This document shows, piece after piece, positions 27,981 to 41,924 of a stretch of DNA of 64,000 bases. The number at the start of each line of letters is the position of its first letter. Position 1 is the first letter of the stretch. The notes under the pieces are model-generated. The model was not told the DNA's origin and did no database searches. It was given only the letters and a program-made list of their open reading frames with translations. Location of the stretch: NCBI RefSeq assembly GCF_009914755.1, contig NC_060932.1. The stretch is one strand, 5' to 3'. A program made the position numbers and the translations under genes. This DNA is from the human T2T-CHM13v2.0 reference genome, Homo sapiens.

Positions 27981-30329
27981 TCTCCAGTGTCCTATCTCAA
28001 TTCTTATTCAATTGTTTGTTAACTAGATTGGAATCATACTGTGCATATTGTTTTATAATTTGCTGTTTTGGCTGACATTTGGAAAAATTATTTTAGAAAA
28101 AACAGCCAGTTTTGTAGATGAAATGGTGTTTTGTTTCTATTGATTTTTGATTTTTAAGTTGCTATTACTTCATGAAGTTAGCGTCTTTCTTGTGTATTGG
28201 CTATTCTCTTTTCTTTTGCTATAAATTGTCTGCTACATCTTTTAGTTCATAATAATTATTGAGTCATTTTCTGTTTAAATATAAAGTATTTTTCTCATTT
28301 GTCGCTGTAACATAATCCATTTTTAAGAAGCAGAGCATTTTCTTGACAGAGTTTTGAAATATTGTGTGACTTTATGGCTAGAACACAGAAACATTAGTTA
28401 GAATTTCAGAATCATTTGATCAGCTCTGGCTTTGAGCCTCTGATTCTACTTGTAGTCTCCAAACCAATCTTTGGTATCCTTCTGTAGAGATGTAAGTTGT
28501 TATCACCAACTCAACATGAAATTGTAAGAATTTATAACAGTGTTTTCTAAAATGATTTCTTTGATTTATTCAAAGAAATATTATCTCTGATAATATATTT
28601 CAGTATTTTTCATATTGCTCAATATCAGACGAAAGTTCTTATAAAAGTCCTGATTGTTTCAGCAGTGATTTGCATGCCATTAGCAGGTCATTCATCCCCT
28701 TCCACTTTGAGGCTCAAGTTCTACACTAGATTTGATTTGTTGGAGGGAGTCTACAAACTCTGCTTTCACTAGAAAGACATGATCTGTGTGCTTTGCTGCC
28801 ATAGTGGGCCTATCCACATGGCTCATTCTCTGTAACACTAACTTCCAGGAAAGCTCTTGTATCAAAATTCATCACCGGTATTAAACAGTGTCAATTATTT
28901 TTATCACCTGTTGAAAGCTTAAATGCCAACAGAAATTTGTGCTTCACAGGGCATTGGGTCCTCCATTTATATTTTTCAAATGTGTAGTATACTCTTGCTT
29001 TTAGTCGTCTATTACCCAGTGTTCTTTTCGGAAAATATTTTTAAAGTTAATTATATACTCACAGATAATAGTGCAAGCAAGTTTCCTCCATGTTCTGCTT
29101 TCCTTTTTCTGACTTTACTTCATGCTACATTCCTTCACAAATAGTAATAAGAATTTATTTCTACTCAGAATGAATGTTCCTCACAGTGGAGAGAATTTGC
29201 CACTACAAAATGCCTTCTACTCTGTGTTTAAATTCCTCGTACATACAAGCAGGTTTTGGGTGTTACATTTGTTCATAGAGGTATGAAATTGAGAGTCATA
29301 GATTGAAATGTTTTTTATAGTAGAGACTCCCAAAAAAAGGCACAGAAAAATGGTTGATATCTAGTAGGAGTTATTTACATGCTGCTATTTCTGATGCTTC
29401 CTATTTGTTTCTTCTGAAAAAGTCGCCCTTCCTATGTCTCAAAACAGTACACCTGTAAAACCACATCCTACTGGGCATAATTCTACAACTGCTTCTATTC
29501 TCAATGCTTGTGTTGCATGCTTTTGGACCCTAAGAGAAATCAGCAAGCTATAAACCCAGGACCAAGAAGAGCATATATCTCTTGGAAAAATAGCATTTGA
29601 GTGATTGAATAAAACAGGCTGTTTTGGGGATCATTCCAAATGCAGGGAACAATATGGATCTGTGATACTTGAGTTGTTGGACTTTGTAGAATATCAAAGA
29701 TGTTCTGCTTTTCATATTCAGATTTTTAAATAGAAGGAAATAAACAATTTTTAAAATGTTTGGAATTAAATGGGGGAGGTCATCTGTAACTGTCTTTGTT
29801 GATTTTTGTGGGCATCATAGCACAGAAGAGTTCTCCTGGCTTAGCATTCTGGTATTGCTCACATATCACCTATATGCTAATTTGAGAGCGTTCATGAGTG
29901 CCATGAAGGATGAGTCAGAATGATAGACAGTATGCTGACTTTTTCTCCTCTTATTGAATTTAGTCTGATCTGCTAGTGAGAGAAATAAAAGGGAAATAAA
30001 GCAGGGAGTATAATAGGGAAACCTATTTTCTCCAAATGTTGAGATATTTAAAAAGTCTTTGTTCAGTGTACCTGCAGTTATAATCTTTCCAGAGATTCAT
30101 GAGATGTCAGGGCTAGGCAAGACTTTAGAATTCTATGTAGTAAACTCTTGTTTGGGGCTGGGAAAATGGAGGGTCACAGTTAGAATAATTGCCTAAAGCC
30201 ACACCGACAGAGAGCTGGTAGTGGAATCCCTGTTTTCTATTCACCTTCCTACTCAGTTGCACTACAAGTTTATCCTAATTCAAGTAAGCTTAGACATCAC
30301 CTTGGGTAACTTTCTGATTTACCAAATCC

Positions 30330-31050
30330 ACTAGTGGACCATATTGAATTTGCTTCCAACATGAATACTCTTCATTTCTCTCCATCCACACTGCTACCCA
30401 CCAAAATCCCATGCCTTGAATGTAAATAATCTTAGAGCTGATCTGTTTGCTTCTGTAACTTCCTGCTACTCATTCCATAAGCAACAGAAGAGGCAAAATG
30501 ACCTTTTAAAAAGTATAATTTGATCATTATTCTCCTTTACTTAAAATCCTAGAATGACTTCCATTGCACTTAAAATTCCAAATTTCTTTCCATGGCCTAA
30601 AGGGTCTACTTGATCAGTGTATCGCCTTTCTCTAGAACTTAATCTACCTCTGACCCTTGTGTGCTATGCTGCAGCCACTTTGGCCTCCTTTCTTTTCCCC
30701 AAAATTGAAGACACATTTCCATCTCAGGGCCTAAGTGTTTGCAGTTAGCTCTGTTTGGTGTTCTCTTCTCCTAGCTGTTTACAGCTTTCAGCCTTCTGCA
30801 GAGATGTTCCCCAGCTACCCTGCCGAATATCGCCTTTCCCCACCCAATCCTTTCATTACCCTATTTTTTCATAGCAGTAACTACTAATTAATTATGTCTT
30901 TATCTATTGTCTTTTCCCAGTCTCCAACTAGATTGCAAAGTCCCTGAGGGCAGAGGTCTTGATGTCTTTTCCATTAACAATATCTCGAGTAACCACCAGC
31001 AATCTGCACATAGTAATAACCTGAATATTCCTTTAATGAATGAATAAACT
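30330..31050 (+). mobile_element. L2 3' fragment
   Basis: 'tttctctccatccacactgctac...cttccattgcacttaaaattccaaa...ctcagggcct...aatgaatgaat'. Confidence 0.75.
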
Positions 31051-31344
31051 GAAAACCCTAAAGTTCAGTAATACTGGCCTCTGTGTAGAGTTTCAGAAAT
31101 ATGCCAAATATGCTTTCAAGCATCCCAGCCTGTCTAGTGTATCCTTTGCTCTCTTGGCCTTCTGAGATCACTTTTAATTGGCATCCTCTGAAGTTGTTAC
31201 TCTCAGTCATGCTGGTTGATACCCCGAATGGATAGGAAATGGATAGGCATTTTTTCTGTCCATCTCTAAACATCTCTGATTGGGCCTAATATACCTCTCA
31301 GGCCTGCTCCTCTGGCCAGGACCCCTCTTTTTATGGGAAGTAGG

Positions 31345-31738
31345 GAGACCCAGGAACACAGAACCTATAATATATTAGAACCTGTTATATATCTCTCTAG
31401 AAAAAACAGTTATTTTAAGGAACGTGATTGCTGGGGATGGCAAGTCAGAAGCCTGTAGGGGGAGGCCTGCAGGCTGGAAACTCAGGTAGCAGTTGATGCT
31501 GCTGTTTTGAAGCTGACTTTTTTCTTCTATGGAAAGCCTCAGTTATTGCTCTTAAGGCCTGCCAAGCAATCGGATGAGGCACACCCACATTGAAGATTAT
31601 CTCCTTTACTTGTGGTCAACTGATTATAGATGCTAACCACATCTAAAAAATGCCTTCATAGCAACACCTTGATTAGTGTATGATTAAATAATGGGACATG
31701 ATAGCCTAGCCAAGTTGATAGAAAACTACCCATCCCAT
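31345..31738 (-). mobile_element. MLT2 (ERVL) solo LTR
   Basis: 'ggcaagtcagaagcctgtagg...caggctggaaactcagg', 'tcaactgattatagatgctaaccacatctaaaaaatgccttcatagcaacacc', 'gcctagccaagttga'. Confidence 0.85.
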
Positions 31739-32380
31739 CATGCATTTGTGGTATTGGAGAAAGGAAATGCTTCTCCATTGTTACTACTGGGACTGTTACT
31801 GCTGAGACACACCGAAGAGGAGAATTTTTAGTTTTTAGTTTGCTTTTTAGCAGAATTCAAACTTAAATATAAAATTAACCAAATTGTCAGAAAGGACTGA
31901 AGGTTATCCTTTCAATTCTGAGTTTTTTATGTAAAATTATTTTATTATTAGCAACAGGTTTTGAAAACATTTATCAATTATATTCTTATATATTGGTGAC
32001 TTTAGGTAATGAATAAATCTGGATTTATCTTTCTTTATAATAAAAATATGGTCTGATCAAAGTATATAAAATTGAAATAAATATTGTCTTATTTGTGCTT
32101 TAAATTAATTGTAGTATAATATTAATAGGATATTATATAATATTCAGTCATTTTAGAATAGGAGAAACATTTTAGGGTAGGATAAACAAGACCGTATCAT
32201 GAAATTGGAGATTTTAATTGTTTTGTAATATTAAATTTTACCTCTCATGAAAATAGAGTAGATAATTATTATGGATTATGAAACAGCATAATTAGTTGTA
32301 ACAGTTTTACCTTGAAGAAAATATATCTTTTTTATAAGCAGAAAACTTCATTTTGTTTTCTTTAAAATGAAGTGAATACC

Positions 32381-32801
<421 letters not shown>

Positions 32802-34404
32802 TCACTTTGCCACCTAATGCCCATCAATCATTGCCAACATTGACTTTTAATAAAGACACATAACCAGAGATGATTTTTAAAAATTATGGATAAATTACAT
32901 TAGAAAATTTAGCTGGAGCAAATTATATTTGATTATTATTAACCTGCCATAATTTATATTCATTAAATTGCCAAATCTTGATTATAATAGTCAAAAAGAA
33001 AAGGTACATGATAATGATCTAGAGGTAGAACACATGCTATCAACTGGAAAACTAATTGTTCAGCATCCTAAGTGTATTTGTTGCTTAATTATATATATAA
33101 TTTCTACAACAAGTGGAATGATTTACATGAATGTCAAATAACTGGTTTATAAATGAAACCTGATATTAAGCTAAATAAAATATTGGCATGTAGTGTTCAC
33201 TTATGAGCTAATATTCTTACCTCTAGCTTCATTTACAAATTAATTATGCTACAAATATATTAATGTTCCACAACTCTTTCACACTTCCATCAATATCGAG
33301 TTTATTCCATTACAATGTGAAATTAAAAAAAACTGTAGAATAATTACTTCTGCTTCAGAAAATATAGATTACCTATCTTCCAGTAAGATGCTGCAATTTA
33401 TTTAGATAACTGCATTTATTGCATTGATTTTGAAAAATTGCTCAACCTAATACCCTTTCTTCTTTGCTAATTCCTGGGGAAAAGAAATCCTTTTCATTTT
33501 GATCCAAATGACCATTAATCATATTATAAAGTGTAATAATTAACCCTTTTTTTAAGTGTCAGAGACACATGAATAGTGATTTTATTTGGTTTCAATAATC
33601 AAGTAAATTAAGTGATAAAATGGAGGCCATAATTAAGTGATCTTGTTTTCTAATAAGACCAACCCATTAATGTGCATGTAAAGATGCCTGTCATCAATTT
33701 AACAGCTTTCTGAGTTTAATATACATTAAGAGTTTTATTTTTGGAACAACTTAGTAATTTTTAGAAACTTGAGTACAAGTGTTGGCAAAGGTTCTATAAA
33801 ATTCTGTCTACAGAATATGTGGAACACAACCTTGGGTCGTATCTCCAAGGAAAACTACCATGATTAAAAAGACAATGCTTTGTCAAATTCACTTGTTATC
33901 ACAATCTAATTGTGTTAAATGCCGGCCACATTCTGAGTAGACACTTTAACTTGGCTTCCCTTGGGAAATAGGAAATGAAGGGCCCGAAAGAACTAGAAGC
34001 TGCCTCTCAATTTTCTTTCAACATGGCAAAAGCATTTGCATTTATCTGTGCCCCTCTCTTGGCTACACTCTCAGCTTTGATACACTACTTGAGCATGTGG
34101 AGGTTTACCTACTGAATGTGACCCTTATATGAATAATATGAGACTTTTGTATCAACAGTAGTGATGGTTTTTGTTTTTAAGTCACATTTTATTGTATGTC
34201 TTCTCTACCTCTCACTATATGACAAGTTTAGTGAAGGCAGGGTCTGTGGCTATCTTGTTTATTATTGTTTTATATCCTGGGGGTATCACAGTGCTTGATC
34301 ATAGAAAGGGCTCACTAAATATTTATGGAAGGAAAGAGAGGAAAGAAGGGAGAGTGAAAGAAAAAACATTCAATGTTCTCACTCTTAAACCAAGAAAATA
34401 ATTG

Positions 34405-34898
34405 TTTACTTTATTTCATTGTAGTAAGAAAACTGAACATGCTACTACCTTCAATAAATTTTTAAGTCTGCAATACAGTATTGTTGACCATAGGAACAAT
34501 ATTGTATAGTGGATTTCTAGCATTTGTCTTTCTTAACTGTAATTTTGTGCCCGTTGTTTAGTAACTCTAAATTTTCCTCTTCACTCAGACCCTGGCTTCC
34601 CCCCATTCCACAATTTGATTCTGTGAATTTGAATATTTTCATAGAAAACATTTTATGAGTAGAATTATGCAGTATTTGTTTTTCTGTGACTAACTTATTT
34701 CACTTAGCACAATGACCTCCAGGTTCATCCATGTTGTTGTATATTTCAGAATTTCCTTCTTTTTTAAGGCTCAAGAGTATTCGTGTGTGTGTGTGTGTGT
34801 GTGTGTGTGTATCACATTTTCTTTATTCATCTGTTGATGAACATTTAGTTTTTTTCACAGTCTTGGCTATTGTGAATACTGCTGCAATGGACATGGAT
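34405..34898 (-). mobile_element. Old L1 (L1MA/MB) 3' end containing a (GT)n tract
   Basis: 'gactaacttatttcacttagcacaatgacctccaggttcatccatgttgt', 'ttggctattgtgaatactgctgcaatg'. Confidence 0.85.
34783..34810. repeat. (GT)14 microsatellite
   Basis: Seen directly in the sequence. Confidence 0.95.
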
Positions 34899-36170
34899 TT
34901 TTAAGCGATAAAGAATAAAGCTCTTTTCATTTTTTAACTGGAATTATTTTTTAGAAAATATTTTGTTCCAATTTTATGATTTTTTTGCTATTCTTTCATG
35001 ATTAAAAGTTATGTTTCATTATTATCAGGTTGTATATTTACATATATATTTTGTCTGATGTTAATAATGGCATGTTTACTTTCTTTGTGTAAGCTGATGT
35101 ATGGAAAATATTTTCCTAGCTTTTATTTCACATTATTTCATCTTTTGTTTCAATCATTCATCTTGTATATTTTGGCTTCCTTCTTCCCTTTTACTCAACT
35201 TAGAATTTTAGAGTGAGTAACTTTTAAGATAAAACGAGTTTAACAGATAATTTAGCCCATTCACATTTGTTGTAATTCATGATATTTGTGTGTGTTTGTT
35301 ATCTCTTCATTTTTGAATTATTTTGCTTTTTAATACATCTTTTCTCCATTTCTTCTGCATTACCTTCCTTCTTTATTATTAATTGAGGTTTTTTGTGCTG
35401 TTCTTCTTCCATCTTTTTTAAACTAATGAATTACAAAATTTGCTTCTTTTTATGATTTGTCTCATAGTTATTGTTAAAGTTTTGAGACCTGTGAGTAAAA
35501 ATATTTTATATTAATACCTAGACTTATAAATCAGTACTAATATCTTGTCTTGAACAGGACTTCATCCCTAGAATACTTTTTATTTCTACATCATCTGCTT
35601 TTAAATAATCAGATATTAAATCCAGATTGCCATCGTTTCATTTTTAAACTTTGCAGCAGAGATTTTTTTAGATGTGAACATAAGGTGTCTATTTTCTTTG
35701 CTTCTTGTTATTTTGTGTTGTCTTTCTCTTTCTTGGGTAATTTTTTGTTTTGTTTTGTTGAATCAGTAAGCTTTTCAGAAAATGCCTGTAGGTGTTAAAT
35801 TTCTGAGCAGTTATATATCTGAAAATATCTTTGCTCTTACATTTGGTTAATACTTTGGCTAGATTTAGAATTTAAAATTATGAAATGTTTTTCTACAGAC
35901 TTGTGAAGACATTCAATATTTGTTTCAGCACATGGCCTTAGAAATGGGATATCTATACCAATCTAATTCCCATGTTTCTGTAAGTAATATACCTGTTTTT
36001 ATCTTCTCTGAGATATTTTGGAATTTGCTCATTATTCTTGGAGTTTTGAAATGTCATCAAAATATGTCTAAGTGCTGGTCTTGTTTAGTAATCTTGTATA
36101 CCTCAGGGGAAATTTCAGTCTAAAGATGTATATCTTTTCCTTCAGTTTTTTTTTTCTCTCTCTCTCTCCA

Positions 36171-36250
36171 TATATATATATACACACACACACATATATA
36201 TACACGTATATATACGTGTATATATATGTGTGTGTGTGTATATATATATA
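36171..36250. repeat. Compound TA/CA/TG microsatellite forming a perfect 80-bp palindrome
   Basis: Each 10-mer left of the 36210/36211 centre is the exact reverse complement of its mirror on the right. Confidence 0.95.
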
Positions 36251-36699
36251 CTTTTTATGTCTTATTAGACAAACGTTAGGATTTCTGTTTCTGTTCTCTG
36301 TCTTAACTTTTTTATGCTCTCCAGGCCATCATGTGCTTGTCCTATAATCTGAACCAAACCCAAGGTACACATTTGTAGCTCACAAATTCTTCACTAGTCA
36401 CCATCTCTGACTTATCCTAAATGAAATTTTATTTTATTTTTAAAGTGATTATATTTTAAATGTTTCTTTTTATAAAATGCCAACCAGTTTTTCTTAATGG
36501 CTGTAATGTATTGAATCCCTTAAGCTAGTTCATTATTCCTATTTCAAGATTTTTTTCTACTCCTTCTATTAATTGTTTTTTTTTTTTTTTTTTTTTTGAG
36601 AACTAGTTTTGTGCTGTTTGCATTGGAGTAGCATATACAAGCCATTGTTTCTGACCCGAGTGCTCTCTTTTAGAATTTTTTTTTTTTTTAGGGTCAGAT

Positions 36700-37720
36700 C
36701 CCCTCATCTAGTACCTCTGCCTTTAACCGCAGTCTCATGAATCCAACTGCTATTCAGCACCTTCGACTCAGATGTCTGATAGGCCTGTCAATCTTGGGAG
36801 ACCCCTAGCTGAACTTCCACAGAAGGATGGGTCTGCTCCTTCCCTAGTCTCCCCATATCAGGAGATGATGGTACCCTTCACCCTGTAGCTCATGCCAACC
36901 TTGGATTCATCCTGATACCTTTCTTGTCCTACATTCTACATCCAATGTATGAACTTGTGCTCACTTTTATGTCCACCTTCAAACAAATACCATATCTGAC
37001 TGTCTCTCACCACTCCCCAGCTACATCCCTAATCCAAGTCACCATCATCTTTCACTTACTCTATTGCAGCAGCAATAGACCAATCTGGGCTCTGCTTCCA
37101 TTCTTTTCACCCTATGTTTATTATGTATTCAGCGGCCTCAGAGAAATGTAAAACATAAATCAAGTTCCATCACTCCCTGCAAACAACAACAATAACACCC
37201 CTTATAATGGCTTTAAGTCCTAAGCATGACCAATACAGCCATATGACATCAAGGTCCTGCTTACTTCTCTGACTTTCTGTTCTATAATTTCTATAATGTC
37301 TATCATTGTTCACTGTGTTTCAGTCATATTGGTCTTCTTGCTATTTTGGGGAGTATGTTCCCACCTCAGGGCCTTTGCACAGCTGTTTCCTCACCTAGTA
37401 GCTCTTTCTCTAGATATTACTTGGCTTCCTCCCTCCCTTTAATTGTTTCTCACACAAAATGCACCTCCTCAGAAAAGGATTGCTCTCATCCAGTTATCAT
37501 CCACTGTCCCTCTTTATCCCTTTTCCCTGCCCTTTTTCTTAATAACATGTAACGCTGCCTGGTGTGACCAAGATAGGTTTGTTTGTGTTTGTTGTTGTTC
37601 TTCAAAATAGAAACATGACCAGGGTATGGGACTGACGACTTCTCCACCAGCATATCCTCTGAGGGTGCTGAATCATTTCTGTTACATAGTGGGTGCAGAG
37701 GAAATATTTGTTACATGAGG
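36700..37720 (+). mobile_element. L2 fragment
   Basis: 'ccttggattcatcctgatacc', 'ccaagtcaccatcatct', 'cctcagggcctttgcacagctgtttcc', 'acatagtgggtgcagaggaaatatttgtt'. Confidence 0.75.
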
Positions 37721-39069
37721 CTATATATCAAAGGGCTTCATGAAGGTTTTGCTTTACTGTGAATCTGGAGTCAGATAATTCTTTTCTTTATTTCTCCTCT
37801 GTTTTCTTTGTAGAGATCATGAATATCTTAAGCTTTATGGTGCCTCTCTCTCTATAGTTTGGCTATGAGCCTCCCCGAGGCAGATGGTTAACTTTATTTA
37901 GAAAGAGGGTTTCAGGACTTTATTCTAGTGATAAATACCGTGGCTGCTAGTCATAGAATAAACAAGGGCATGAGAGAAGGCAGCCAACTAGACCAGCTGT
38001 TCACACCATGGTCCTTTCATAATTATCCTGGTTACTGCCTCTTGGCTGTGTGTATTGCTTGACTCCAAGTGTGGGGTGTCTTTTGTAGAGCTTTATCTGG
38101 AGCTGTTTTAGGGAGAATCAATCTCACTTCTAGTAGATTTCTCCTGTGTAAGTGTGGGCTTTGATTTCCTCTACTTCTATTTCTACTAAGCCCATTACTT
38201 ATATTAATCCCATCTACTTTCAACCTTCAAGGACTTTTATTTTTCAAATTTCTGATCTGATAGTTAAAATTTTCCCCGATGTGCCATGCACTTATTCTAA
38301 AATATGATTTTTTTCCTGGTGTCAATAAGATTTGGCGTACAGGGAAAGACAGATATATATGACTTAAATTTTGTCTTCTTTGCCTCTATTGTATGTTACT
38401 GTTTTTATCTTCTGTGTTGTTGTTGTTGCTTAACAAATGTAGCTACACATTTATATCTTATCACTGTTTTCTTAAAAATAATTTGTTTTGTTCTTCTCCC
38501 TTTTATATTTAGAAAATATATAAAAAATGTGGACCATGCCTTTGATCAGAAATTATTATGAAAATTGTTGTTTAGAATGGGTTTGAGGGTGGAAAAGTTT
38601 ATTAAGAGATTGTAATTTAACGAAAGAGAGGTATGAATATTCTGAGAATTGAGGTGTCTTATGCATTAATTGGATTGCTAGATGGCCCCACTGATTTCCT
38701 GTTTTTCTTGTTGTGTTAATCTATATATTGAATTAAGCACCTCAAACTATGAGTTATTAGATCTCATATATCTATATCCCTACAGCAATTTCTCTAAGCT
38801 CTGGTCATTTCTGCTACTTTGTAATCTAAAACTGCTTCATAACTTCCTAGATAGAAATAGAATATGTGGGTGCTCAGAGTATCAGATAGACCCCATATAT
38901 AATAGCTATGAAATTTCAGGCTCTATAATGGATTATAGGATATTTTTGAACCTTGGTAGGTTGTAGGATTAGTTGCTTAAATACATAGTACCATAGATTG
39001 CAAATGTTTAAAAATCTTGATGCTGGAATTTATTAGAAAAACAGGAATGAATACAGTTTGAGAGGCTAG

Positions 39070-39256
39070 AACCGTGGATTTCAAATGCTAGCCTGTATGA
39101 GGGTCCCTTGGAGGGCTTCTTAAAATACAAGTTGCTGGTTGTCATTTTCAGGGTTTCTGATTTACGAAGTATAGGATGGGCCTGAGAATTTGCATTTCCA
39201 TTAAATTCCCAGGTGATGTGGCTGCTGCTCCTGGGACAACATTTAGAGAACCGCTA
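39070..39256. mobile_element. MER5A (hAT-Charlie) relic
   Basis: 'ggagggcttcttaaaatac...gggcctgagaatttgcatttc...ttcccaggtgatg...tagagaaccgct'. Confidence 0.8.
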
Positions 39257-39372
39257 GATTAGACAGTCTCACAACAGGGATTTCTAGGGACAGCTTAATG
39301 GTTACTTTATGATTTGAAGCTGGAATACCCAATTAGGGGTTTTTCCAGTCTCATTTCATTTCATTTCATTTG

Positions 39373-39542
39373 CTTCCTTTTTTCTTTCTTCCTTCCTCCT
39401 TCCCTTCCTCCTCCCCTTCCTCCTCCTTCCTTTTTTATCTCCTCTCCTTGCCCATCCCCTTTCCTCCCTTCCCATCCCCTCCCATCTCTTCCCCTTCCCT
39501 CCCCTCCCCTCGCTGCTCCTCTCTTCTCCTCTTTCTTTCTTT
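39373..39542. repeat. C/T-rich low-complexity polypyrimidine tract
   Basis: ~170 bp almost entirely C/T with many CCC runs. Confidence 0.9.
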
Positions 39543-40094
39543 GCCATTTCAGGTGCTTTATCTCTTAAGCACTGCACTGCTTTGGGTTATCCATTTAAGC
39601 TTAGAAGGAGAGCAACAGAAAAGGAATTGAAATGTAAAGCAGATATCAAGAGAGCAAAATTTGTCATTAAATTGGAACTAGCAATTAATTTGTCTATTTA
39701 TTCATAGTCTAAGTGTGATTATCAAAAATGCTTGAGAATCAATAGAACCACATGGGTTTTTCAAGTTGGATAGGACCACTGAAGCTACCTGGTGGAAACA
39801 CATCATTGTATTGATGAGAAGACTGAAGCAAGAATATGAAAAGCATCTGAACCAATGTTTTCTTTTCCACGTTCTCATCACTCTCTGCTACCCACAGCTG
39901 CCCGTCATGGATATACTATATGTTGTCAGCTATATTTTGATTACTTCTCTGTATATTTATCATCATAGTTTACTAAAATTGTTAGTATTATACCTTTTGC
40001 ATATAAGAAAGGATGAACATTTCTAGTTCTTAAAATGTAAGAATAAGTGATTACATATTACCTTGAAACAGTATGGAACACTTTTTACTTTAAA

Positions 40095-40235
40095 ATATTT
40101 TTTTCAATTTTTGTGGGTACATAGTAGGTGTATGTATGTATGGGGTACATGTGATACTTTGGTGCAGGCATGCACTACATAATAATCATTTTCCAGAAAA
40201 TTGGGTATCAGTTGCCTCAAGCATTTATCCTTTCA
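40095..40235 (-). mobile_element. L1MA-type extreme 3' fragment
   Basis: 'tttttgtgggtacatagtaggtgtat...ggggtacatgtgata...cctcaagcatttatccttt'. Confidence 0.75.
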
Positions 40236-40326
40236 ATTAATGCTCTTAGTCTGTTGGTATTAAAACAATTTTTATTTTCTGATGAGAAAGTTGCTGTCAC
40301 TTTGATCATTGACTTTGCTACAGGAA

Positions 40327-40755
<429 letters not shown>

Positions 40756-41134
40756 TGATTATGCCTCATCATTCATTTCACAAATTAATAAGCAAATTCT
40801 TAGGGGGTTATCACTTCCCAAATTATTACATGCCAGTGAAAAACCAAAGTTTGAGCTTGCACACAAACTTTGAAACACTATTCAAAAGCAGTGTTTTCAG
40901 CACCTGATCTTTATTGCCTCACAGAGTTTTATACAGATACAAAATTATGAAATGTAGCTGGAGCCAGGAACTATGACATGGAATATACCTGGCATACACA
41001 TGGTCTTTGTCTTTTCCTACATCTGTGAACTTGTTGAAGCTTTAGATGTCTTCCCAGCTCAGTGATCATGAAGACGTCCTCACTGATGAGTCATCTTTAC
41101 TTGTCATCTCTAGCTACCTGGAATAAAACACCCA

Positions 41135-41380
41135 GTGTAGTGTCTGGGATCCAGTGGGCATCGTGGGTCAGTTAGTTCTCCAGCCCCGGTTCCTTTTCTG
41201 GTTGCCTGAGCTTGGAAAATTCATAAAATCTCTTTGGACCTCAGTTACGCAACTGTGAAATTGTGCTATAGGGTGACTTGAAACCACTTTGTAGATTTTT
41301 TGGGAGAGCTAAATTAGGTAATGCATGTAAAAGCATTTAGTGCAAGGTCTGGCACATAGGATATATTTGCTAAATATTCG
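41135..41380 (+). mobile_element. MIR SINE
   Basis: 'ctctttggacctcagtt...ctgtgaaatt...taatgcatgtaaaagcatttagtgcaaggtctggcacatag'. Confidence 0.65.
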
Positions 41381-41480
41381 TAGAATCAGATGAATAACTC
41401 TCATGAAATATTTTGTTAAACATTGTGATTGTTCACTGGGAATATTATATGGCTGTGTGTGCCACTGTCCGTGTTTCCCC

Positions 41481-41571
41481 TAATAATTAATAAATATTAA
41501 ATAATTTAAAATTAAATATTAAATAATTTAAAATTAAATATTAAATAATTAATAATAAATATTAATAAATA
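41481..41571. repeat. Pure A/T tract with a 22-bp tandem unit
   Basis: 91 bp without G or C; unit taaatattaaataatttaaaat repeated ~2.7 times. Confidence 0.9.
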
Positions 41572-41924
41572 CCTTTGGCAAGTATATACTATGTCTTCAA
41601 AATGTTTCTTTTCCATTTAATGTTTTCATTTATCTGCAACATTTCTTAAGGCTTATTTGCATGTGGGTAAAATTCAGGCTACAATAATAGTCAAGGAAGT
41701 ATATTTCTCTTGTTCTGCTCCCATACAAATGGCGCCCCCCTGCAAGCCTCTTCTGAATTATTCCTGGACACCCAAATAAAAATGGTAATTTTTCTTTCCT
41801 TTTCTCCTGGATTCTTATTCTAACATCTGCTAGGAGGATCCACACCCTGTCCTAGGCTAGTAGTGTACAGACCATGGTTTTGATGTCTGTGCAAAAGGTA
41901 CAGGTTTGTTTGCATCTCTTCAAT

